Positions 1 through 8,325 of a stretch of 64,000 bases of DNA are shown piece by piece. The translations under genes were made by a program, and so were the position numbers. The notes beneath the pieces are model-generated. The model made no database searches, had not been told where the DNA came from, and saw only the letters and a list, made by a program, of their open reading frames with translations. The number at the start of each line of letters is the position of its first letter. Positions within the stretch are counted from its first letter, which is position 1. The DNA is from Lentisphaeria bacterium. Its GTDB lineage: Bacteria > Verrucomicrobiota > Lentisphaeria > JABSQK01 > JAWLHB01. The DNA is taken from positions 142,538 to 206,537 of the forward strand of contig JAWLHB010000009.1 in assembly GCA_041690595.1 (NCBI GenBank). The letters are read 5' to 3'.

Positions 1-28
1 CATGGGAAGGGGGAAGAGCGGGGATGTA

Positions 29-565
29 CTAGTCGAGGTAGAACCCGGCATGATTGTGCAGGCGCATGCGACTGCCGAAATCGATTGTATCGTTGCGGAT
101 ATACGCGCGATGCATGGGCATTTCCAGCGGATACTCGTTCACGTGGATGCGAATGTTTGCCTCACCCTCGCCGCCAAGCATGGGGAGATCGGCGCTGATA
201 TGCGGCCAGTGCTGATACCAGAGGGTGTAGCCCCGGGTCTGCAGGAACTCTTCGATCAATTGCGGCTCCATGGCGCCAAGCTGCGCGGGGCTGAGGTTGC
301 TGAACGCCACGGGCTGCTCGATGTGTCCGGACATGGGGATCGTGCCGACTTCCCGGGCCCGCTGCACAATATCGTTGTCAAAGCCGACGATATAGCTGCG
401 GGCGGTGACAAAGGAGGCATGATCCGAGACCATCTGCGCCATGTAAAGGATGGCCACCTGCAGCAGGGCAAAGAAGATCAGCAGCAGGAGCATGATGCCC
501 ATGACCGACTCGATGATGGCCTGCCCGCCGCACTTGCGGCGCAGGCGCCTGGGCTTGGCTCGCAT
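29..565 (-). CDS. TadE/TadG-like minor pilin (pseudopilin)
   Basis: Basic leader MRAKPRRLRRKCGG|QAIIE followed by a hydrophobic helix, matching the class IVb prepilin cleavage motif; sits in a Tad context. Confidence 0.8.
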   Translation of the reverse strand: MRAKPRRLRRKCGGQAIIESVMGIMLLLLIFFALLQVAILYMAQMVSDHASFVTARSYIVGFDNDIVQRAREVGTIPMSGHIEQPVAFSNLSPAQLGAMEPQLIEEFLQTRGYTLWYQHWPHISADLPMLGGEGEANIRIHVNEYPLEMPMHRAYIRNDTIDFGSRMRLHNHAGFYLD

Positions 566-612
566 GGCGTGGCTTCCCGGAGTAAATCGATGAACCGTCG
601 CGGCGCTCGCGG

Positions 613-855
613 CTAGTTCGAGCCGCCCGCGCCCAGATCCCTGAACTGTTGCTCGGAACCTTCCCCAGTCTCCTGGTCGACATCACTGGCTTTGGAAGGA
701 TCGAAGACCGTAATGATGCCCCCGATCTTTTCGCGAACCGTATCGCTGAACATGGCCAGAATGCCAATGGCCGCGACAACAACGACCGCGATAATCAGGA
801 CGTATTCGGTGATGGTCTGCCCTTTTCGACGATGTCTGCGATGAAGTCTGTTCAT
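613..855 (-). CDS. flp: Flp family type IVb pilin
   Basis: MNRLHRRHRRKG|QTITEYVLII: G|Q-x3-EY Flp motif followed by a hydrophobic segment, 80 aa. Start moved to the ATG at 855. Confidence 0.85.
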   Translation of the reverse strand: MNRLHRRHRRKGQTITEYVLIIAVVVVAAIGILAMFSDTVREKIGGIITVFDPSKASDVDQETGEGSEQQFRDLGAGGSN

Positions 856-969
856 TCTCGCGATCCTTGGCTGTAGTGTGTGTGGGGATACTGACGGGAT
901 GGGCGCAGGCACACCCCGCTGATACGTTGGACACGCATCTTGATGACAATGTTCACAGGGTCACCGGCG

Positions 970-1146
970 TCATGGATATTCCAGGCCGATAAGCGTCAGT
1001 ATGCGCCACCCATACTCACTGAATACAGCAAGGAAGAGAACAGTCGTCAAGACGATAGAGATGACCATCGCGAGCATGATGGTGAACTCCGTCAGCGCCT
1101 GTCCGCTGATGCGAGCTTTTCTGATGGCGGGAGTATGTTTCTTCAT
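970..1146 (-). CDS. Small Flp/TadE-like prepilin (58 aa, absent from the ORF track)
   Basis: Translated by hand: MKKHTPAIRKARISG|QALTEFTIMLAMVISIVLTTVLFLAVFSEYGWRILTLIGLEYP*. Its ATG overlaps the upstream TGA (ATGA at 1143-1146). Confidence 0.8.
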   Translation of the reverse strand: MKKHTPAIRKARISGQALTEFTIMLAMVISIVLTTVLFLAVFSEYGWRILTLIGLEYP

Positions 1147-1718
1147 GGTGAGGCAGAGGGTTGGTTATCGAAGCGAAATCCAGGCATCACCGCATTGTCA
1201 GTCAAAGTCAGTTGGGAAACTTGCCGGAACATGAGCAACTGAAGAGCGGGTTCCACCTCGAGGGAACGATTTTCGGAGCCGCCATACAGATTGGCGGCAC
1301 TGGCGAGTGAATCAAGGTCAAGCAGTAGCGGGAGACTGCCGGTCATGCCGTACTGGGGCGTACCAGCCAGCGTGGAGAGTGAAAGTGGCCACTGCACCTG
1401 GTTGCGGAAAACATTCAGGCTGTCAGGTGAGGCACTGGTGCCGTCAAGAGTGGCGAGAGTCGGCACGTCATCACGGGTATAGCGTAGCTCGTCAGGACCA
1501 TTTTGCCAGTCTGTAACATAGGAATTGCGGGCGCTGAGTTGATCGCCGAGAGCGGCTCGGTCCGCTTCAGAGCGGGCAGCATGTGCATTGAGGATGCTCT
1601 CGTGGCCCAGGCGGGCGACCTGAATGAGACCAAAGAAAATAAAGGAGAGACCTATCAACGCAATCACGATCTCAGCTGTCGCTTGACCTTTACAGGATGC
1701 CCGGTAGGATGTTCTCAT
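1143..1718 (-). CDS. TadE-like minor pilin
   Basis: MRTSYRASCKG|QATAEIVIALIGL prepilin motif plus TM helix; first gene of the pilin run. Confidence 0.75.
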   Translation of the reverse strand: MRTSYRASCKGQATAEIVIALIGLSFIFFGLIQVARLGHESILNAHAARSEADRAALGDQLSARNSYVTDWQNGPDELRYTRDDVPTLATLDGTSASPDSLNVFRNQVQWPLSLSTLAGTPQYGMTGSLPLLLDLDSLASAANLYGGSENRSLEVEPALQLLMFRQVSQLTLTDNAVMPGFRFDNQPSASP

Positions 1719-1912
1719 GGTTTGACAGTCTTGCCTCAGCGAATGGATGGCGATAAACCGAGTCTACTTTAGGCGATCAAAGCGTGGGTGTCCACCCATG
1801 GAACGTGGAAGAGGTGTAATTATTGTGTAGACTGGTTGCGACAAGGGCGGCTGTGGGTATATTCTGCAATACCCGGCCCTACTTCGACACTGCAACTTCC
1901 GAGCCAACTTCC

Positions 1913-2719
1913 ATGCGCAACTACATCTTGCTGACGCTGGCGGTGCTTGCCGGCATATTGGCCTTCTTCATTTCCAAGCGTCAACTGGCCCAGGAGTACG
2001 CGAAGATCAAAAGCCAGACCGAGACGGTGAGTGTCGTGGCAGTGACGCGGGATATCGTGGCGGGGGAAAAAATCGAAGCCGGCGACCTGGCGGCTATCGA
2101 CATGCTGCGCAACCAGATGACGGCGAACCATGACTACGTTCTGGAATCCCAGGAATGGCGGGTTGTGGTCGGAGAGCGGCTGCTGGTGCCTTTGCGCCGC
2201 GGCGACGCCTTGCGCTGGGGCTACCTCAATCTCCAGGACATGGGCCTTGGCGCCAACCTGCTCACACGCCGCATCCCCAAAGGTGAGCGCGCCCTCAGTA
2301 TCGCGGTCGATAGTGTCTCGTCCGTCTCCTCCATGGTTCGGCCAAATGATCGCGTCGATCTCATCGCCACCTTCCGTTTTCCTCCCGAGGCCGACGGCAG
2401 CGGCCTCGATCAGGTCACCATGACTATTCTGCAGAACGTGACTGTTCTGGCAGTCGGGCAGCAGCTCGCCGGAGCAGTCGGCCCGACCGGAACCAATCGT
2501 TCCTACTCCACCGTGACACTCAGCGTCACGCCCGAGGAGGCGGAGATGCTCGTTTTTGCCCAGCAGAAAGGGACTATGGTCCTGACGCTGAGAACGCCAG
2601 CTGACATCGAGGCCGTCGAGAACCCCCAGAACGTGAACTTCGACTATCTGAAACGAAACCTGAACCGCTATAATGAGCTGCGCAGGGAGCGGATCGGCCC
2701 GGCGGCGGTGAGTCCGTAG
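1913..2719 (+). CDS. cpaB: Flp pilus assembly protein CpaB/RcpC
   Basis: N-terminal TM helix, SAF-like VVAVTRDI motif, and RcpC motifs IPKGERALSI, VRPNDRVDLI, ILQNVTVLAVG, VTLSVTPEEAE. Confidence 0.9.
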   Translation: MRNYILLTLAVLAGILAFFISKRQLAQEYAKIKSQTETVSVVAVTRDIVAGEKIEAGDLAAIDMLRNQMTANHDYVLESQEWRVVVGERLLVPLRRGDALRWGYLNLQDMGLGANLLTRRIPKGERALSIAVDSVSSVSSMVRPNDRVDLIATFRFPPEADGSGLDQVTMTILQNVTVLAVGQQLAGAVGPTGTNRSYSTVTLSVTPEEAEMLVFAQQKGTMVLTLRTPADIEAVENPQNVNFDYLKRNLNRYNELRRERIGPAAVSP

Positions 2720-2750
2720 GCACACCAGGCGGCAACGCATTGGCACTCCC

Positions 2751-4478
2751 ATGTACGAGATCGTTATAAAGCTGCCGGGAAAACCGGAAACCACTGGTAA
2801 GCTGATGCCGGGCACGTACCGCATCGGCAGCAGTCCCGCCGCCCACATACAGATCGAGCTACCAGAGGTATCGAACCGGCATGCCGCGCTCATTGTGCGG
2901 GAAAACCAGGTTCTGGTTGAAGATCTCGGCAGCACCAATGGTACCCGCCTCGATGAGAAGCCCGTCAGCGGCGGTCCGGTAACGGTGCGTCCCGGTGGTG
3001 TCATCCACATCGGGCAGGCGACGATAACCGTGCGCGACAAGGTGGGCGTCGATCGTGCCGTCAAAATGAACGACACGATGATCGGCGCCGAGCTTTCGCG
3101 GGCCAAACATGACCCCGCCGTGAGCAGCCATGCCGCCACCCCCTCCCAGCGCATCAATCAGAGCGCCGCCATGCTGCTGGTATCCGGTATTCCCTACGAG
3201 TACCGCAAAGTCGTCCAGCAATTGAAGCGCGAGGTTCATGAGGAACTCCTGAAACGCATGAACCTCAAGAACCTGACGCTCTCCGGTGCAAACGCGGAAG
3301 AAGTGCGTCGCCAGGCAGGCGAAACCGTGCGCGCCATCCTGCTGGAAAGACGGGATCGCATTCCCGCTGCCGTCAAGATGGACGTGCTGCAGGAGGAATT
3401 GGTCAACGAAGCCGTGGCTCTGGGGCCCTTGGAAGGACTGCTCGCCAACCCCGATGTCACGGAAATCATGGCCAACGGCAGCACGAATATCTACGTTGAA
3501 ATGAAGGGGACTCTCCATCGCACCGACCACATGTTTGCCGATGATGACCAGTTGCTCACTGTGATCGAACGCATCGTCGCCCCCCTCGGCCGGCGCATTG
3601 ACGAGAGCCAACCTCTGGTCGACGCGCGACTTCCCGACGGCAGCCGCGTCAACGCCATTATCCCCCCCCTCGCGATCGACGGCCCAACCCTCACCATCCG
3701 CAAGTTCTCCAGTGAAGTCATGACCGCGGACATGCTGATTGGCTTCGGCTCCATGAACCAGGAGATGGCCGAGTTCCTCCGTCTGGCCGTCCTCTTGCGC
3801 AAGAACATCCTGATCTCCGGCGGTACCGGCTCCGGAAAGACAACCCTGCTGAACATGCTGAGCAACTTCCTGCCCAACACGGACCGCATCGTGACCATCG
3901 AGGATGCGGCGGAGCTGAAGTTGCAGAAGGACCATGTGGTGCGCCTCGAGTCGCGGCCGCCAAACATCGAAGGTCGCGGCGCGATCGCCATTCGCGACCT
4001 GGTGCGCAACTCGTTGCGCATGCGCCCGGATCGCATCGTGGTCGGCGAGTGTCGTGGCGGCGAGGCGCTCGACATGCTTCAGGCCATGAATACCGGCCAC
4101 GACGGCTCGCTGACCACGGTCCATGCGAACTCTCCCCGCGATGCCCTCTCCCGCCTCGAAACCCTCGTCCTGATGGCCGGCTTCGACCTACCGCTGCGGG
4201 CAATCCGCGAACAGATCACCAGCGCCATCGCCCTCATCGTCCACATCAGCCGCATGAAGGACGGCACCCGCAAGGTACGGGCTATCACCGAAGTCACCGG
4301 AATGGAGACGGATGTGATCACTACCCAGGAGATCTTCGAATTCGAGCCGCAGGGGCTGGACGAGAATGGCAAGGTGCTTGGCCGCCACAAGGCCAGCGGC
4401 GTGGTGCCCACCTTCATCGACGAGATGCAGTCGGCGGGCGTTCCCTTCGACATCGGAATCTTCAACGATGGGCAATAA
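2751..4478 (+). CDS. cpaF: FHA-domain-fused CpaF/TadA pilus ATPase
   Basis: N-terminal FHA-like segment (VSNRHA...DLGSTNGT), Walker A GGTGSGKT, LRMRPDRIVVGECRG, MNTGHDGSLTTVHAN. Confidence 0.92.
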   Translation: MYEIVIKLPGKPETTGKLMPGTYRIGSSPAAHIQIELPEVSNRHAALIVRENQVLVEDLGSTNGTRLDEKPVSGGPVTVRPGGVIHIGQATITVRDKVGVDRAVKMNDTMIGAELSRAKHDPAVSSHAATPSQRINQSAAMLLVSGIPYEYRKVVQQLKREVHEELLKRMNLKNLTLSGANAEEVRRQAGETVRAILLERRDRIPAAVKMDVLQEELVNEAVALGPLEGLLANPDVTEIMANGSTNIYVEMKGTLHRTDHMFADDDQLLTVIERIVAPLGRRIDESQPLVDARLPDGSRVNAIIPPLAIDGPTLTIRKFSSEVMTADMLIGFGSMNQEMAEFLRLAVLLRKNILISGGTGSGKTTLLNMLSNFLPNTDRIVTIEDAAELKLQKDHVVRLESRPPNIEGRGAIAIRDLVRNSLRMRPDRIVVGECRGGEALDMLQAMNTGHDGSLTTVHANSPRDALSRLETLVLMAGFDLPLRAIREQITSAIALIVHISRMKDGTRKVRAITEVTGMETDVITTQEIFEFEPQGLDENGKVLGRHKASGVVPTFIDEMQSAGVPFDIGIFNDGQ

Positions 4479-4484
4479 CTCGCC

Positions 4485-5369
4485 ATGAGCATCTCCTTAC
4501 GCATAGCCATTCTGCTGGCGGCACTCGCGGCCTTCTGCGCGGTCTGGGCGATCGGGGACATCCTCTACCGCATCATCCATCGCTGGCAGGAGCGGTATGT
4601 GCGCGAAGCCGAATCCCAGATGCAGGAGATGCTCTTGCAGATGTCCGCGCGCCAGCTCCTCAACTACACTCTCATGGGAGGCGGGCTTGTCGCGCTGATT
4701 TTGTTCGGGCTCGTCTCGATGGCCGGTACCGAGTTCAACTGGCGGATAGGGATCATCTTCGCCATGGTCGGCTTCTGCGGCGTCGTCATGCTGACCCGCT
4801 GGATACTCAAGTTCCTCAAGCAACGACGCTTGCAGGCATTCAACGACCAACTCGAAGAAGCGTTGATGAGCATGAGCAACTCCCTCAAGGCAGGCTTCAG
4901 CATCACTCAGGCGATCGAGTTGGTCATCCGCCAGAAGCGCTATCCCATCTCCATCGAGTTCCGCCTCATGGTCCAGCAGACACAGCTCGGCATGTCCTTC
5001 GACAATGCCCTGAACGTCATGGCCCTGCGCGTCGGCAGCGAGGATTTCCGTCTCGTCGCCAGCGCCATCAGTACGGCCCGCGTGACGGGCGGTGACCTGA
5101 CCGGTGTCTTCGACCGCCTGGCGCACTTGATCCGAGAGCGCCTCCGCATCCAGCGACGCGTCCATTCACTCTCGGCGCAGGGGCGCTTGCAGGGGATGGT
5201 GCTGGGCGCCCTTCCCCTCCTGCTTCTCGGCATCATGCTGGTTCTGGATCCCCCCCTGATCATCGGCTTCTTCACCCAACCCATCGGCATTGTCATGTTC
5301 GTGCTGGTCTTGCTCCTCGAAGTCGGCGGTTTCTACACCATCCGCAAAATTGTCAACATCGATATCTGA
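4485..5369 (+). CDS. tadB: TadB (T2SSF-domain) inner membrane protein
   Basis: QLEEAL..MSNSLKAGFS, TGGDL..VFDRLA..IRER, LSAQGRLQG; follows cpaF. Confidence 0.9.
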   Translation: MSISLRIAILLAALAAFCAVWAIGDILYRIIHRWQERYVREAESQMQEMLLQMSARQLLNYTLMGGGLVALILFGLVSMAGTEFNWRIGIIFAMVGFCGVVMLTRWILKFLKQRRLQAFNDQLEEALMSMSNSLKAGFSITQAIELVIRQKRYPISIEFRLMVQQTQLGMSFDNALNVMALRVGSEDFRLVASAISTARVTGGDLTGVFDRLAHLIRERLRIQRRVHSLSAQGRLQGMVLGALPLLLLGIMLVLDPPLIIGFFTQPIGIVMFVLVLLLEVGGFYTIRKIVNIDI

Positions 5370-6250
5370 TGAACGAAAGCCTGACCATCCTGATCTGTTC
5401 ACTGCTCTGGGGCATGAGTGTCCTGACGCTTACCTATATGGGGCTGAAGCGCATCTCGGGCTTTCGTCTCGAGAAACGAAATTTCAGCACCAAGCTGCCG
5501 CTTTTCTTCAGGCTCTTCCTTCCCTTCGCGCAACCGGTGAGCAAGCTTCTCCAGCGTCCCGGTTTCGAGCGAATCCGCACGAATACGGACATCCGCCTCA
5601 TCCAAGGGGGCCTCGATCAATCCATCTCGCCCGAAGAATTCCTGGGCCTTCGCCTGCTGTACCTCTTCTTCTTCTCCTTTCTGGGCCTCTTCTTCCTGAT
5701 CAGCAATACTCGCGTACTTGTGCTGCTCGGACTCATCTTTCTGATCTATGGCATCGCCTATCCCACCGTCTGGCTCACCCTGCACATCCGCGCCCGTCAC
5801 CGCTCCATCCAGCGCGCCCTCCCCAATGTGCTCGACCTCCTCACCCTCTCCGTCGAAGCAGGCCGCGATTTCATGACTGCCCTCCGAGATATTCTTCAGC
5901 ACCGCGAAAACGACGCGCTCGGCATTGAACTCGAGCGTGTTTTCCGCGAAGTCCAACTTGGAAAGCAGCGGCGCCAGGCTCTGCGCAATCTCTCCGATCG
6001 CGTTCGCCAGTCTGATCTCTCCTCTGTCGTCGAAACTCTGGTACAGGCGGATGAGCTCGGCGTAAGCATCGGCCACATTCTGCGCATTCTGGGCGACCAG
6101 ATGCGCCAGAAACGCTTTCAGCACGCTGAAAAGCTGGCCAATGAATCACCGACAAAACTCCTCTTTCCCCTCTTTGTTTTCATCTTTCCGGCGGTGCTGA
6201 TCGTCATGCTGGGGCCGGTCATGATGCGCGCCTTCAGTCAGTTCCTTTGA
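5369..6250 (+). CDS. tadC: TadC (T2SSF-domain) inner membrane protein
   Basis: LPNVLDLLTLSVEAG, QADELGVSI, KLLFPLFVFIFPA; its ATG shares one base with the tadB stop (TGATG). Confidence 0.9.
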   Translation: MNESLTILICSLLWGMSVLTLTYMGLKRISGFRLEKRNFSTKLPLFFRLFLPFAQPVSKLLQRPGFERIRTNTDIRLIQGGLDQSISPEEFLGLRLLYLFFFSFLGLFFLISNTRVLVLLGLIFLIYGIAYPTVWLTLHIRARHRSIQRALPNVLDLLTLSVEAGRDFMTALRDILQHRENDALGIELERVFREVQLGKQRRQALRNLSDRVRQSDLSSVVETLVQADELGVSIGHILRILGDQMRQKRFQHAEKLANESPTKLLFPLFVFIFPAVLIVMLGPVMMRAFSQFL

Positions 6251-6297
6251 CACTGGGCCTGACCCGCGCCAGCCGCCATCACGCCCGCGTCACCAGC

Positions 6298-7536
6298 TCA
6301 GGCAGTTATCAGATGACGGTACAATTCCGGGGCCGCCTTGTCGCGATACCCCACCGGATCCAGCCGAAGCTCCGTGACGAGGGCGTCCGCGGGGGCATGC
6401 ACCAGTGCTTCACTGCAACTGAGCTGCCCAATAAGGACCTGCTGCACCCCGGGATCGATGAGGATTCCGTGCTCCCCGGTGAAACTACACCCCTCGATGC
6501 GCAGCCGACTGGCCGCGGCCTGCAAACGCAGCTGCGCCCCCGCCATCCTGCCGGACTTGCCATTGTTCCTGAATTGCGACCGGTAAAGGTGAATATCGCT
6601 CACCTGAGACGGCTCAGGACAGGCGCGCGCCAGCACCCCCGGACCATGATTGGCGTTGAACTGGCAGCGCTCGATCAGGTTGTGACAATCCCGCGTGCCG
6701 ATCGACATCCCAAGGTCGTTCCCGGCAAAGCTGCAGTCGCGAACCGTAATGTGATTCGCGCGTACGCAGAAGAAAAAGCCGGCTCCCGCATTCCCGTCCG
6801 CCGTGCAGTTCTCGAAAAGCGTGTTGGTGCTCCCCGCGCCGGGATGAAAGCCATTGCCCGTATTCTGGTGGAAGTGGCAGTCGATCACCCGAATGTCCCG
6901 GCACATCTGGTACCCAAGCCCTTCCCCCCCAAAGTTTTTCTCCCTAAGCTGCCGGAAGGTGCAGTCGCGGCTTTCATAGAGATAAACTGCCGCCCCTCGG
7001 CACGCATCCATCGTCGCGCCATCTTCGTTCCGACTCCCTTCGAGCGTGAGCTGCGAGACCGTTGCCCCCGTGATCCGATGTCCGCAGATCAGTGGGTGCG
7101 CCGTCGTCAAGACTGGCGCGGCATCCGCCAGCAGATCAGCCTGCAGCCCCCGATCCAAACCCACCCACTTCTCGTCAACCCAACGAATTGTGGCAAAGGT
7201 GGAGTAAAAACCCCGCCGCAGATCGTCAAGTACGGAAACCGTCATACCCGGTTTCAGTCCCGCGGTTGTCCGTAGCGGCACATCGCACATCCCATAGTTG
7301 TGGTACCCATCCATCGGATAGCAGCGCGCCGGGAGCTTCCGCAGCAGGGTTCCATCCTGATGCCCCCGAAGATGAATCCCAGAACGCAGGTGCAGCGCTC
7401 GATCCAAGGTGATCACCCCCGCGGCCAGGATAATCGTGCCTCCCCCAGCCGCCCCCATGGTATCCATCGCGTGCTGGATGTCCGCGGCGAATTCACTTTG
7501 CCGCGGCGTCAGGGAAACTGTCTCCATAGGGCTCAT
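6298..7536 (-). CDS. Right-handed parallel beta-helix (pectin lyase-like) protein
   Basis: IQHAMD..AAGGGTIIL..G N-terminal motif and repeated I.nC.F..N..G strands; no signal peptide apparent. Confidence 0.7.
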   Translation of the reverse strand: MSPMETVSLTPRQSEFAADIQHAMDTMGAAGGGTIILAAGVITLDRALHLRSGIHLRGHQDGTLLRKLPARCYPMDGYHNYGMCDVPLRTTAGLKPGMTVSVLDDLRRGFYSTFATIRWVDEKWVGLDRGLQADLLADAAPVLTTAHPLICGHRITGATVSQLTLEGSRNEDGATMDACRGAAVYLYESRDCTFRQLREKNFGGEGLGYQMCRDIRVIDCHFHQNTGNGFHPGAGSTNTLFENCTADGNAGAGFFFCVRANHITVRDCSFAGNDLGMSIGTRDCHNLIERCQFNANHGPGVLARACPEPSQVSDIHLYRSQFRNNGKSGRMAGAQLRLQAAASRLRIEGCSFTGEHGILIDPGVQQVLIGQLSCSEALVHAPADALVTELRLDPVGYRDKAAPELYRHLITA

Positions 7537-7864
7537 CCTCCCGAAAGGCGTGAAAAAGTTTACATAGTGTATCCCATGGAATTATCATCGACAAGCTCCG
7601 TCCGGAATGCCACTCGATACTGGCGGATAATTCGTGTGGCTCTCCCTTTCCTGAGCGCCAGCCCCCCGCGGGCAGCGGCACCTGCGCGGGGATTGACCGC
7701 CGGATTCCTGTGACCAACCGACACGGCTTATTCATCATATGGCTGGAATGCCTGCCGTTGCGAGGTTATACTTCATTCTGCGTGCGACCGTCGGCAATGA
7801 TGTACGAGTCGTGATGGAGTGGCGCCGGAGGGCGTGAACTTTCAAGTCGGCAAATGGAGGCTCC

Positions 7865-8305
7865 ATGAGTGAACTGGTAGTCCTGATAGCGGAAGACGAT
7901 GATGGGCATGCTCGCCTGATCGAGCGAAATCTCCAGCGGGCCGGTCTCGCCAATAAACTCCTCCGATTTCGCGATGGCGAAGAAATCCTGAACTTCCTCG
8001 AACACCCCGGACAACCGAATTGTCGAGACCTCAACCAGGCTTATCTCCTCCTCCTCGACATCCGCATGCCCAAAGTCGAAGGAACGGAAGTTCTGAGACG
8101 CATCAAGAATAACAGCGCCCTGCGAAAGATGCCCGTGATCATGGTCACCACTACAGACGATCCGCGGGAAATCGATTTCTGTCACGACTTGGGCTGCAAT
8201 CACTACATAACGAAACCGGTCGATTACGAGAAGTTCGTCCATGTGATTCGTCAGCTGGGCCTCTTTCTGGCTGTCGTCGAAGTCCCCAAATTGAATAGTC
8301 TCTGA
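7865..8305 (+). CDS. Single-domain response regulator (CheY/Rcp1-like)
   Basis: LIAEDD, LLDIRMP, VIMVTT, YITKPV; GGAGG Shine-Dalgarno upstream. Confidence 0.92.
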   Translation: MSELVVLIAEDDDGHARLIERNLQRAGLANKLLRFRDGEEILNFLEHPGQPNCRDLNQAYLLLLDIRMPKVEGTEVLRRIKNNSALRKMPVIMVTTTDDPREIDFCHDLGCNHYITKPVDYEKFVHVIRQLGLFLAVVEVPKLNSL

Positions 8306-8325
8306 AGCGTGTAACGGGAAATCAT

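Noticed and set aside
7652-7692. GC-rich hairpin upstream of the response regulator, as riboswitch or terminator
   Set aside because: Imperfect stem, no U-tract and no recognisable riboswitch consensus.
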